A stretch of DNA of 64,000 nucleotides, taken from contig CAVUOW010000010.1 of the NCBI GenBank assembly GCA_963743205.1, forward strand, positions 11,379 through 75,378, in the 5' to 3' direction. Of this stretch, positions 19,839 to 29,338 are shown one piece after another. The position numbers and the translations under genes were made by a program. A model generated the notes under the pieces. That model was not told where the DNA came from, ran no database searches, and was given only the letters and a program-made list of their open reading frames with translations. Positions within the stretch are counted from its first letter, which is position 1, and every line of letters starts with the position of its first letter. The stretch is from Candidatus Aminicenantes bacterium (lineage in GTDB: Bacteria; Acidobacteriota; Aminicenantia; Aminicenantales; Saccharicenantaceae).

Positions 19839-22002
19839 ATGTCCAAATTCACTGCAGGTTTCTTAGCGCCAGCGTTGACGATTTTCCTGGTCACGGCCGT
19901 ACTGACGGGACCGTCTTTCGCTTCATCTGCCCAGTCCGAGAACAAGGACCTCGCCAAAGCCACGGCTCAGGCCAAGGAAGAAGCCGCGTCCCAGACGGGG
20001 CCGAAGGTCGAGATCACCGTCACGGCGCCGCGGGTCGAGATCCCGCTCAAGAAGAACCCGGCCGCGACCACGGTCGTGGAGACGGCCATCTTGCGGACGA
20101 TGCCGCGGACGATCGCCATCGACGAGGTCCTGAAGCTCGTCCCCGGGGTCAAGGTCGACAACCAGGCCGACGGCGAGCGCGTCCATCTCTCCATCCGCGG
20201 CGAAGGCATCCTGACCGAGCGCGGCACCCGCGGCATCAAGACCCTCGTCGACGGCATTCCCCTCAATGATCCGTCCGGCTACGTCTCCGACTTCTATGAC
20301 GTCGACTGGATCGCCGTCCGGCGGATCGAGGTCCTGCGCGGGCCGGCCGCGGCATTCTACGGCAGCGGCTCGTCCGGCGGCATCATCAACATCCTGACCC
20401 GTGACGGCGGTCCCGATCCCGTCTCGGCGGGCGCCGGCCTCGTCCGGGGCGCCTTCGGCCTCAAGAAGGGCTTTGCGGAGGTCGGCGGCACGGCCGGCCT
20501 CATGAACTATAGCCTGACGGGTTCCATGCTCTCCGGGGACGGCTACAGAGACTGGTCCGCGTACAAGGGCGATAATGCCAGGGGCAAGTTCGCCTTCACG
20601 CTCAGCCCGAAGATCAAGGTCACGGCCATCCTCGGATGGACGGACTTCTATAATCAGAACCCCGAAGGGCCTCAACCTGGACTGGTTCAGCTCCAACCCG
20701 AAAGTCCTCCGCCGGCAGGCCAACCCCGATTCCGCCAGCAAGAACGAGTTCCAGAAGAACAGCGCGGCACGGGCGGCGTGACGACATCGATCAGCCTGTC
20801 CGAAGAACCTGGACCTGACCGCGACCGCCTATTACCGGAACACCCGGTACACGGAGGCCGTCCCTTCGACGGTCATCCATCGCGATCTAACACGCCGGGC
20901 CTGATGACCCAGCTCAACTCACCGGGCGGCCTGGGACCGGTTCACGAACCATTTGAGCGTCGGCCTCGATTACGCCTGGCAGGCCATCGATGAGACGAAA
21001 TATCCCCAACCTCGGCGGCGCCGTCGAGGGCCCGGACCGGGTCGCCGATCAGACCCTGTCCCAGACCGGCGCCGGCGTCTTCGTCCTCGACCGGCTCGAG
21101 ATCGGCCCCCACTGGGGCGTCTCCGCGAGCGCCCGCTACGAACGGGTCACCAACAAGCTCGCCGACCACCTCCAGGCCGGCGGAACAGACCTCTCCGGCA
21201 ACGTCGCTTACAATCGGGCGACGGGCGGCTCGGCGTCACCTGGAATCCTGTCGCCGACTTCGGACTCTACGCCAGCTGGGGCACGGGCTTTCTCCCCCCG
21301 GGGACCGAGGAGCTCGTCAATAACCCCTTTGCCCTCGGCGGCTACAACACTCAGCTCGTCGCCGCGACCTCGAGCGGCGAGGAGGTCGGCGCGCGCGGAT
21401 CGATCGGTCGGTCCCTGAGCTATGACGCTCGCGTCTCTTCTATCTGGACACGCAAGAACGATTTCGGCCGGTACCGGATCACGACGCGGCCACTCGAGAC
21501 ATTCTACGGCAACGTCGGTTCGACCCATCGGTACGGCATCGAAACGTCCCTGGCCTGGTTCCCGATCGAGTCGCTGACCCTGAGAGCGGCCTACACCTAT
21601 TCCCACTTCAGGTACGTGAGCGTGTCGAGACGCTCGCCGGAGAGACCTTCTCCGGGACCTGGCTTCCCAATTCGCCGCAGCACCAGCTCTTACGCGGACG
21701 CCGAATACCGCATGACGCCGGCCCTGACGGCCGGAGCCGCGCTCGAATACGTCTCCGCCTGGTATGTCGACGCGACCAACCGGATCGCCCCCAACGGCTA
21801 CGGCCAGACCGACCCCTACGCCCTGGTCCACGTCCGGCTTGGCTACGCCTTCGATTGGAACGGGGTGCCGCTCGAGCTCTTCCTCGCCGGCCGCAATATC
21901 TTCAACGTCCTTTATTACGGCTTCACCGAGCCCGACCCGGACGGGAACTCCTACCAGCCCGCCCCGACGGCCGAGTGGAGCCTCAACCTGAGGATCGGTT
22001 GA
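19839..22002 (+). pseudogene. TonB-dependent receptor, multiply frame-disrupted
   Basis: Signal peptide, then plug domain (IDEVLKLVPGVKVD.., RGIKTLVDGIPLND, IEVLRGPAAAFYGSGSSGGIINILTR), then barrel. Sensible translation hops between all three frames at 9 or more points. Approximate positions: 20668, 20765, 20800, 20885, 20920, 21005, 21230, 21626, 21689. Confidence 0.8.
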
Positions 22003-22059
22003 AATAGGTCCGCCTTGACGCCGGGCCGCGGGGCGGTTATTCTGGAGGCGGAGAATGAC

Positions 22060-22248
22060 ATGCCGATCAGCCCCGCTCTCCTGGCTATTCTGGCCTGCCC
22101 CCTGTGCAAGGCCGACGTCAGGCTCACGGCCGACGAAAAGGGCCTGAAGTGCGTCTGCTGCCACCGCGTCTACCCCATCAAGGACGACATCCCGGTTATG
22201 ATCATCGACGAGGCCGTCGTCGAACCCGACCGGGCCATCAAGGCCTGA
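22060..22248 (+). CDS. Trm112-family small zinc-ribbon protein
   Basis: Start set at MPISPALLAILACPLCK. CPxC...CxxC arrangement and PIKDDIPVMIIDEA are typical of Trm112/YcaR. Confidence 0.8.
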   Translation: MPISPALLAILACPLCKADVRLTADEKGLKCVCCHRVYPIKDDIPVMIIDEAVVEPDRAIKA

Positions 22249-22250
22249 CC

Positions 22251-23720
22251 ATGTGCGGCATCCTCGGCATCTGGGGCAACGGCCCCGTGATACGCGACCT
22301 CTATCAAGGGCTCCTGGCCATGCAACACCGCGGCCAGGACTCGGCCGGGGTCATCACCTTCGACGGCCGCTTCCATACGAAGAAGGGCAACGGCCTCGTC
22401 CACGACATCTTCACTCCGGAGGCCGTCGAGCACCTCCGCGGCGCGATCGGCATCGGTCACACGCGCTACCCGACGATCGGGGGCGGCGGCGACGAGGACG
22501 CCCAGCCCTTCCAGCTCAACTCGCCCTTCGGCATCGTCATGGCCCACAACGGCAATGTGGCCAACTACCGCGAGCTCCGCGACGAGCTCTACCGGGACCA
22601 GCACCGGCTCCTCAATTCCGATTGCGACGTCGAGATCATCCTCAACCTGTTCGCCGAATCCCTGGCCCACGAGCGGACGAAAACCCTCGAGCCCGAGCAT
22701 GTCTACCGGGCCGTCGAGGCTGTCTTCAAAAAGGTTCGGGGCGGTTACTCCGTCGTGGCCTACATCGCCGACCAGGGGCTCGTCGCCTTCCGCGATCCCT
22801 ACGGCATCAAGCCGCTTGTCTACGGCGTCCGCCGGGACGGCCTCCTGCCCTCTTATGCCTTCGCCTCGGAATCGGTGAGCCTGAACATCATGAGCTTCGG
22901 CGAGATCGAGGACGTCGAGGCCGGCGAGGTCATCTTCATCGACAAGACGCGGACGCTCCACAGGAAGCACGTCCGCAAAGGCTGCCTGTCGCCGTGTCTC
23001 TTCGAGTGGGTCTACTTCGCCCGCCCCGACACGTTCATCGACAAGGTCAACGTCTACAAGTGCCGGGTCAACCTGGGCCGGTCCCTGGCCACGGAGATCC
23101 GGCGGCGCAAGCTGGCCATCGACGTCGTCGTGCCCGTCCCCGATTCGGCCCGCGACGCGGCCATCGAAATTGCGCGCAAGCTCGACCTGAAGTACAGCGA
23201 AGCCCTGGTCAAGAACCGCTACATCGGCCGGACGTTCATCATGCCGGCCGACGAGAAGCGCAAGAGCTCCGTCCGACAGAAGCTCAATCCCATCGCCTCG
23301 GAGATCCGGGGCAAGAACGTCCTTCTCGTCGACGACAGCATCGTCCGCGGCAACACCTCCAGGGCCATCGTCGAGATGCTCCGGGAGGCCGGGGCCAAGA
23401 AGGTCTATTTCGCCTCGTACTCGCCGCCGCTGCGCCACCCCTGCGTCTACGGCATCGACATGCAGACGAAGACGGAGTTCGTCGCCCAGGACGCCGACGA
23501 GGCCGCCGTGGCCCGTAAGATCGGGGCCGACAAGGTCATCTACCAGTCGCTGGCGTCCCTGAAGAAGGCGGTCCAGCTAGAGAACCCTAAGATTAATAAT
23601 TTCTGCGCCGCCTGTTTCGACGGGATCTACCCGACGGGCGACATCACGCCGGACCTGCTCGAGGACATCGAGGCCGACCGCAAAGAAGCCCAGGACGCCC
23701 AGCTCGAGCTCGACATCTGA
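22251..23720 (+). CDS. purF: Amidophosphoribosyltransferase
   Basis: Start at MCGILGIWG (N-terminal Cys nucleophile), 3 nt after the Trm112 stop. PRTase motif NVLLVDDSIVRGNTS. Confidence 0.96.
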   Translation: MCGILGIWGNGPVIRDLYQGLLAMQHRGQDSAGVITFDGRFHTKKGNGLVHDIFTPEAVEHLRGAIGIGHTRYPTIGGGGDEDAQPFQLNSPFGIVMAHNGNVANYRELRDELYRDQHRLLNSDCDVEIILNLFAESLAHERTKTLEPEHVYRAVEAVFKKVRGGYSVVAYIADQGLVAFRDPYGIKPLVYGVRRDGLLPSYAFASESVSLNIMSFGEIEDVEAGEVIFIDKTRTLHRKHVRKGCLSPCLFEWVYFARPDTFIDKVNVYKCRVNLGRSLATEIRRRKLAIDVVVPVPDSARDAAIEIARKLDLKYSEALVKNRYIGRTFIMPADEKRKSSVRQKLNPIASEIRGKNVLLVDDSIVRGNTSRAIVEMLREAGAKKVYFASYSPPLRHPCVYGIDMQTKTEFVAQDADEAAVARKIGADKVIYQSLASLKKAVQLENPKINNFCAACFDGIYPTGDITPDLLEDIEADRKEAQDAQLELDI

Positions 23721-23738
23721 GCCGGCCCGCCAGCGCGC

Positions 23739-24731
23739 TCAGCGCGAGGGCGTTCGCTTCCGCCACCAGCTTTTATTCGCCGCGTACCAGTGCGCGGTCC
23801 GCTTGAGCCCTTCGGCGAACAGGACCGCCGGCTCCCAGCCGAGGGCCCGGATGGGGCTCGAGTCCATGGCATAGCGACGGTCGTGGCCGGGGCGGTCCGG
23901 AACGAACTGGATGAGACCGGGAGGCGCGTCGACCGCGGCCAGGATGCGCCGGGCGACGTCAATGTTGGCGAGCTCGCACCCGCCGGCAACGTTATAGACG
24001 CTGCCGCCGCGAGCCCGCAGGAGCGCCGCCTCGACAGCCCGGCAATGGTCTTCGACATAGAGCCAATCCCGAACGTTCAGGCCGTCGCCGAAGATCGGCA
24101 CAGGCTTCCCCTCGAGCGCGTTCGTCAGGAAGAGCGGGATGAGCTTCTCGGGAAACTGGCCGGGGCCGTAGGTGTTCGAAGGACGCAGGACGACCGTCGG
24201 CAGGCCGTAGGTCACATGGTAGGCCCGGGCGAGGTGGTCGCCGCCCGCCTTGCTCGCCGCATAAGGCGAAGAGGGCGCCAGAGGGTCGGTCTCGCGGGCG
24301 GCCCGCCCCGTCCGGCTGCCGTAGACCTCGTCGGTCGAGATGTGGACGAAGACCTCGACCTCCGTGAAGGCGCGCAAGGCGTCGAGGAGCGTGTAGGTGC
24401 CATGGACGTTGGTCAGGACGAACTCGCCGGCGTCATAGATCGACCGGTCGACGTGCGTTTCCGCGGCAAAGTGGACGACCGCCTGGGCGCGGCCCATGAG
24501 GCGCCGGACGAGCTCCCGGTCGCGGATGTCGCCGAGGGCGAACTCGTAGCGGGGGTCCTCATGGACGTCTTTGAGGTTGTCGAGATTCCCGGCGTAGGTC
24601 AGCTTGTCCAGGTTGATGATCTTCGTTCGCTTGTGCCGGCGGAGGGTCATGCGGATGAAGTGGCTGCCGATGAACCCCGCCCCTCCCGTGACGAGGATCG
24701 TCTTGCCGTCGAGGGTCCGTTCGGTGCTCAT
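23739..24731 (-). CDS. rfbB: dTDP-glucose 4,6-dehydratase
   Basis: Start set at MSTERTLDGKTILVTGGAGFIGSHF (Rossmann GxxGxxG). Catalytic SSPYAASKAGGDHL (YxxxK). Confidence 0.9.
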   Translation of the reverse strand: MSTERTLDGKTILVTGGAGFIGSHFIRMTLRRHKRTKIINLDKLTYAGNLDNLKDVHEDPRYEFALGDIRDRELVRRLMGRAQAVVHFAAETHVDRSIYDAGEFVLTNVHGTYTLLDALRAFTEVEVFVHISTDEVYGSRTGRAARETDPLAPSSPYAASKAGGDHLARAYHVTYGLPTVVLRPSNTYGPGQFPEKLIPLFLTNALEGKPVPIFGDGLNVRDWLYVEDHCRAVEAALLRARGGSVYNVAGGCELANIDVARRILAAVDAPPGLIQFVPDRPGHDRRYAMDSSPIRALGWEPAVLFAEGLKRTAHWYAANKSWWRKRTPSR

Positions 24732-24747
24732 GACGCCGCTCCTGTCC

Positions 24748-26982
24748 TTAAAAGCCGAACCCGCCGAGGAAATCGAGCGTCTTGCCGATCGACCCGAGGC
24801 CCAGGGAGACCCGGACCTGCGTGTCGGATCGGGCCCGGAAATAGAACGCCCGGACATCGACGAGGATGTCGATGCACTGGTAGTGGTAGGTCAGCTGCGC
24901 GCCCGTATAAAGGAGCTTCCGGTCCTTGATGTTGTAATCGGCCTCGAGCTGGAGGTCGATGTCGAGGGCGGGCAGCCTCAGCCCGGCGAAGGCGCCGATC
25001 TGGTCGCGGTTATAGAGGGCGATGAGCTGCGGGTCGACCCCCGTGATCCAGGAGTTGCGGCTCGTGAACCACGACACGGTCAGGAAATCGCCGGCCGGCT
25101 TGTCGCCGGCCGTGGCGCTCAGACGCAGGCTCGACAGGTTCTTGTAGTACGGGTTATAGGCCGCCGAGGCGTCCAGGCTGAACTTGGCCTGGGGGTAGAA
25201 ACGGAGCGTCCCGGTCACCTCGGAGAAGCGGGGCGGCTTGCCGTCGACCGGGAAGAGCGACAGCGGGCCGTCCGCGGGCGAGAAGTAATACGTCTGTCCG
25301 AGGGCCAGGGAAAAGACCTCGACCGACCGGTCGCCCTCTCCGCTGAAGAGGAAGCGCCCGGTGACGCCGTAGCTCATCTGGTGATAGCGGAAGAACCCGA
25401 AGTTGGTCACGATCCGGCTGGCCGCGTTAGTCGGGCTGTCGTACGAGTAATTGACATAGGGCTCGATGATGTTCTTGAGCCGGGCCCGGCCGTCCCGGCC
25501 GTAGAAGACGCGAAAGAACACGGGACCGACGATCTCGACGGCGGCGACGAAGTTGCGGGTGTAGATCGGCTCGTCGACGATCCCGCCGGTGTCCGGATCG
25601 AGGCTCTGGCCGTAGTAATTGAGGTTGGCGGTGACCGTCGTCGTCGCCGTCAGCCAGGGGATCGAGGAAAACGGCAGGCTCAGGGACGGACTGACGCCCA
25701 GGCGCGACGAGCGCCGCTCCGTCCCGGCCGCGTACTCGGATTTCCAGCCGTATTGCGTCCGGGAGATGGTCGTGGCCAGGGAGAAGTAGACCGGGGCGAA
25801 AAGCCGGGTCTTGAAAACGTTGAAGCTGATCTGGGGCAGCGAGGTCGAGACGTTCGAGTCGTCGAGCTGCGAGAAGTAGGTCTCGAAGCGCGAGGCCCGG
25901 GCGCTGAGGTTGAAGTGCTGCCAGGACCGGGACAGGAAGACCTGCGAGGTCCGGGTGTAGGACAGGGCCCGCTGGAAGTTGTTGTCGAATTCCCGCAGGA
26001 AGGTGAACGAAGTCTGATAATCGACGTTGGCGGCCAGGGTGAAGCCGAGGGGCAGGGCTTGAGTGTGGTTGAGGCGGATGATGGAGGAGCTGCCGGGCTT
26101 GGTCCCGTCGGCTTGTCTTTTATAGATGAAGTAATAGAGGTTGAGGTCGCCTTTCGTGCCGCCGGGAAAAAGATAGCGGTATTCGAGGCCGGCGCCCGTG
26201 CCGCGGGCCGGGTAAAAATCGACGCCGACCGTGGCGTCCATGTTCGAGGCCATGGCCCAGTAGAAGCTCTGGGAGATCGCGAACCCCTTCTCGCCGGCAT
26301 AGCCGATCTGAGGCATGAGAAAGCCCGTGGCCCGCTCTTTCAGGGGATAGCGGAGGTAGGGCAGGTAGAGCACAGGCACGCTCTTGATCCGGAGAACGGC
26401 GTCCCACATCTCGATGGAATCGCCCGTCTTGAGATTGGCCTTCGAGAGGCTGAAGCTCCAGCGCGGGTTCGGCTGGGTGCAGGCTGTGAGCCGCGCTTTT
26501 TTCAGGGCATAGAGGTCGTCCTGCTTGCGCTCGAGCGATGCGGCTTCGAAGAGGACGGACGGCGGGAGAAGGCCGGAGGCCCGGTCGATCGTCGCGCGGC
26601 CGGACTCGAGGTTGTAGAGGACGCGCTCGGCGCGGATGACCTCGGCGCCCGATTGGGCCACGACGTTGCCTTCGGCCATGACGTCCTTGGTTTCGAGGTC
26701 GTACTCGACCCGGTCGGCAAAGAGCAGGAACTCCCCGTAACGGATCTCGACGTCGCCCGCGGCATAGACCCTCTCCCCGACACGCTCCTGACTCCGGGCC
26801 AGGATCTTGACCTCCGGCGAGGGGGCCGGGGCCTCTTCGGCGGCAGGCTTTGCGTTCGGCTTGGCCTGCGGCTTGGCCGACACCGGTTCCTGGGAAAGGA
26901 GACCGCCGGCGAGAAGCGTCGCCGCCACGCAGAACGCGGCAAGGACCCGCGGCACGACCGTCAAAAAACGGCAAGACTCCAT
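24748..26982 (-). CDS. lptD: LPS-assembly outer-membrane protein LptD (OstA family)
   Basis: Start set at MESCRFLTVVPRVLAAF.. (signal-like). OstA N-terminal beta-jellyroll region (YAAGDVEIRYGEFLLFADRVEYDLETKDVMAEGNV). Large barrel ending ..DFLGGFGF. Confidence 0.85.
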   Translation of the reverse strand: MESCRFLTVVPRVLAAFCVAATLLAGGLLSQEPVSAKPQAKPNAKPAAEEAPAPSPEVKILARSQERVGERVYAAGDVEIRYGEFLLFADRVEYDLETKDVMAEGNVVAQSGAEVIRAERVLYNLESGRATIDRASGLLPPSVLFEAASLERKQDDLYALKKARLTACTQPNPRWSFSLSKANLKTGDSIEMWDAVLRIKSVPVLYLPYLRYPLKERATGFLMPQIGYAGEKGFAISQSFYWAMASNMDATVGVDFYPARGTGAGLEYRYLFPGGTKGDLNLYYFIYKRQADGTKPGSSSIIRLNHTQALPLGFTLAANVDYQTSFTFLREFDNNFQRALSYTRTSQVFLSRSWQHFNLSARASRFETYFSQLDDSNVSTSLPQISFNVFKTRLFAPVYFSLATTISRTQYGWKSEYAAGTERRSSRLGVSPSLSLPFSSIPWLTATTTVTANLNYYGQSLDPDTGGIVDEPIYTRNFVAAVEIVGPVFFRVFYGRDGRARLKNIIEPYVNYSYDSPTNAASRIVTNFGFFRYHQMSYGVTGRFLFSGEGDRSVEVFSLALGQTYYFSPADGPLSLFPVDGKPPRFSEVTGTLRFYPQAKFSLDASAAYNPYYKNLSSLRLSATAGDKPAGDFLTVSWFTSRNSWITGVDPQLIALYNRDQIGAFAGLRLPALDIDLQLEADYNIKDRKLLYTGAQLTYHYQCIDILVDVRAFYFRARSDTQVRVSLGLGSIGKTLDFLGGFGF

Positions 26983-27275
26983 CGGCTGATATGTAGCACA
27001 GCGGCCGGGGGGAAGCAAACGGCGCACGGGCCCGTCAGGGACTCAGGCGGCTCGTCCTTCATCTCTTTCTTGATCGCCCGGAAAAAGCTCAGAAGCCCGG
27101 AGACGATGCCGAGGACGGTGAAAGTGAGGAGAAGCCAGGGGGCCGTGCCGAGCCAGCGGTCGAGCAGGTAGCCGAAGAACAGTCCGACGGCGATCGAGGC
27201 TGGCAGGATCAGGGCGATCGAGCTCAGCTCGGCCAGCCGCCGCATGTCCGGACGACGCGGTTTCTCGTCCGTCAT
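26961..27275 (-). CDS. AtpZ/AtpI-family small membrane protein (ATPase_gene1-like)
   Basis: 104-aa ORF. Two TM helices with GLFFGYLLDRWLGTAPWLLLTFTVLGIVSG, the pattern of ATP-synthase-associated AtpZ proteins. The 3' end overlaps the lptD start. Confidence 0.6.
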   Translation of the reverse strand: MTDEKPRRPDMRRLAELSSIALILPASIAVGLFFGYLLDRWLGTAPWLLLTFTVLGIVSGLLSFFRAIKKEMKDEPPESLTGPCAVCFPPAAVLHISRWSLAVF

Positions 27276-27625
27276 GAAGACCTCGAGCCCCTCGCGGCAG
27301 GCGGCTCATCCGCGCCGTCGGGTTTGGACGCCCAAGCCCCGCCCTCATTGATGAGGGCGTTCCAGCCGAAACCGAAACCGAAGGCCAGACAGAAGAGCTT
27401 GAACAGGGCCTCGAACGTCTCTCCGTCCGCGCCGGCTTCGAACTTGGGAAAGATGGTCAGCGTCAGGATGAGGCCTATGGCCAACGACGCCAGAGCGGAA
27501 TAGATATAGCGGCGGCTGAAACCGCGGACCTCTCCGTCCTTCACCTTCCGCAGCCAGGGCAGGACCGTCCGGGCCAGGATGCCGAAGAGCAGGCCGAGGA
27601 GCTTGATCAGGAATTCCGGCGACAT
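27272..27625 (-). CDS. Small integral membrane protein, unknown function
   Basis: 117-aa ORF with about 3 hydrophobic helices. ATGA overlap with the AtpZ-like gene. No recognisable motif. Confidence 0.5.
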   Translation of the reverse strand: MSPEFLIKLLGLLFGILARTVLPWLRKVKDGEVRGFSRRYIYSALASLAIGLILTLTIFPKFEAGADGETFEALFKLFCLAFGFGFGWNALINEGGAWASKPDGADEPPAARGSRSS

Positions 27626-27791
27626 CGCGCTTTCCCTCCCGTCGCGCGGCGCGTTCCGGGCCTATTCTCAAAGAAGGCGGATAAGATGTCAAGGAGCCCG
27701 GCGCCCCGGCGAACTCACAGAATATAATACGGATGGCACGGATTTCGTTCAGGCCCCGAAACCCGCCCGAACATGCTATAATCAGCCCCTT

Positions 27792-28193
27792 ATGCCGCCC
27801 GAAAGGACCGATGCCGTCGAGGAACGCATTCTGAAGCGGATCCCTGTCGAGATCGTCGTCCTTGCGGCCGCGCTGGGCCTCGCAACCGGCCTCATTCTCG
27901 ACCCGATGACCGGCCTGTTCTTTTTCGCCGGCGGCGTCTTTTCGGCCCTCGGCTTCGTCTGGCTCAAGCAATCCCTGACTCGTTTTCTCTCGAGGGAAAA
28001 AAAGGGCGCACTCCGTTCGGGGATCCTGATCTATGTCCTCCGCCTCGTGTTGATTTGCGCCGTCTTTTTCCTTATAATCCTCGTCTATCCGAAGAAGATC
28101 ATCGCCTTCGTCGCGGGCTTTTCGACGGTCGTTCCGATAGCCCTCCTCGAGGGCATCCGGGGTCTTCTTCTCATGAGAACATGGAAGGATTAG
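27792..28193 (+). CDS. atpI: ATP synthase protein I-like membrane protein
   Basis: Start set at the ATG at 27792 (MPPERTDAVEERIL..). Four hydrophobic helices, immediately upstream of and overlapping atpB. A TGcTATAAT-like -10 lies about 15 nt upstream. Confidence 0.6.
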   Translation: MPPERTDAVEERILKRIPVEIVVLAAALGLATGLILDPMTGLFFFAGGVFSALGFVWLKQSLTRFLSREKKGALRSGILIYVLRLVLICAVFFLIILVYPKKIIAFVAGFSTVVPIALLEGIRGLLLMRTWKD

Positions 28194-28924
28194 AGCACAG
28201 CCTCTGGATCGTCGACGCCTTCAACCGCGTCTTCGGCCCGCCCCTGGCCCTCGTTCTCGGCTTCGTCGGCATCAAGGTCCCCGACCCGCTCCATGCGGTC
28301 CCCGATTACCTGGTCATGGTCATCATCGTGGCCGTCCTGATCGTCGTTCTCCTCGGCCTGGCCTCGCGGAAGCCCGCCCTGGTCCCCCGCCGCCGGCAGA
28401 ACGTCGCCGAGATGATCGTCCAGATGTTCGAGGGCATCATCGTCGACATCGTCGGCCCCGAGGGCCGCAAGTACCTGCCGGTCATCGGCACGGTCGGGAT
28501 CTTCGTCTTCTCCTGCAACATGATCGGCCTCATCCCCGGCTTCATGTCGCCGACGAGCAAGCTCAACGTCACCGTCGGCTGCGCCCTGGTCGTTTTCTTC
28601 TACTACCACGCCCAGGGCGTCAAGGCCCAGGGGCTGAAGTATTTCAAGCACTTCATGGGTCCCATCCCGGTCCTGGCCCCGCTCATGATCCCGATCGAGA
28701 TCATCAGCCACTTCTCGCGGCCGGTCTCCCTGTCGATGCGGCTTTTCTGCAACATCTTCGCCGAGGAGCTGCTCATCCTGATCATGGCCTCGATCATCCC
28801 CTTTTTCCTGCCCCTGCCGTTCATGGCCGTGGCCATCTTCACGTCCGCCATCCAGTCCTTCGTCTTCGTCCTTCTATCCTGCATCTATCTATCCGGGGCC
28901 ATCGCCCACGAAGAAGAGCATTAA
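28181..28924 (+). CDS. atpB: F0F1 ATP synthase subunit a
   Basis: Start at MEGLEHSLWIVD. Conserved subunit-a C-terminal region with the essential Arg (SRPVSLSMRLFCNIFAEELL). Confidence 0.93.
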   Translation: MEGLEHSLWIVDAFNRVFGPPLALVLGFVGIKVPDPLHAVPDYLVMVIIVAVLIVVLLGLASRKPALVPRRRQNVAEMIVQMFEGIIVDIVGPEGRKYLPVIGTVGIFVFSCNMIGLIPGFMSPTSKLNVTVGCALVVFFYYHAQGVKAQGLKYFKHFMGPIPVLAPLMIPIEIISHFSRPVSLSMRLFCNIFAEELLILIMASIIPFFLPLPFMAVAIFTSAIQSFVFVLLSCIYLSGAIAHEEEH

Positions 28925-28942
28925 ATGAAAAGGAGTCCCGTC

Positions 28943-29308
28943 ATGTCCAAGAAACTCAAAGCCCTGAGCCTCCTTCTGTTCGCCGTCGCCCTGATGACCC
29001 TGCCGGTGCTGGCCCAGGATTCGGTCCCGGCCAACGCGCCCGCCAAGGATCACGCGGATCTGTTCAGGCTGTCGCTCATCGTCGGCGGGGCCATCATCAC
29101 CCTGGCCGTGATCGCCGGGGCTTTCTGCCAGGCCAAGGCCATTAGCGCCGGGTGCGAAGGGATCTCCCGGAATCCGGCCGGCGCGCCGCACATCCGCTTC
29201 CTGCTCCTGCTCGGCCTGGTCCTCATCGAGACCCTGGTCATCTACGCGTTGCTCATCACCATCATCATTCTGATGGTCCAGTGGGGGAACTACATCCCCA
29301 AGGTCTAG
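28943..29308 (+). CDS. atpE: F0F1 ATP synthase subunit c with N-terminal signal-peptide-like extension
   Basis: ATG at 28943 follows SD AAAGGAG by 7 nt. Hairpin core LIVGGAIITLAVIAGAFCQAKAISAGCEGISRNP...LLLGLVLIETLVIYALL (ion-binding Glu). It is preceded by MSKKLKALSLLLFAVALMTLPVLAQD. Confidence 0.88.
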   Translation: MSKKLKALSLLLFAVALMTLPVLAQDSVPANAPAKDHADLFRLSLIVGGAIITLAVIAGAFCQAKAISAGCEGISRNPAGAPHIRFLLLLGLVLIETLVIYALLITIIILMVQWGNYIPKV

Positions 29309-29338
29309 CGGCCTAGGCCTAGCCGGAACCCGGAGCGG

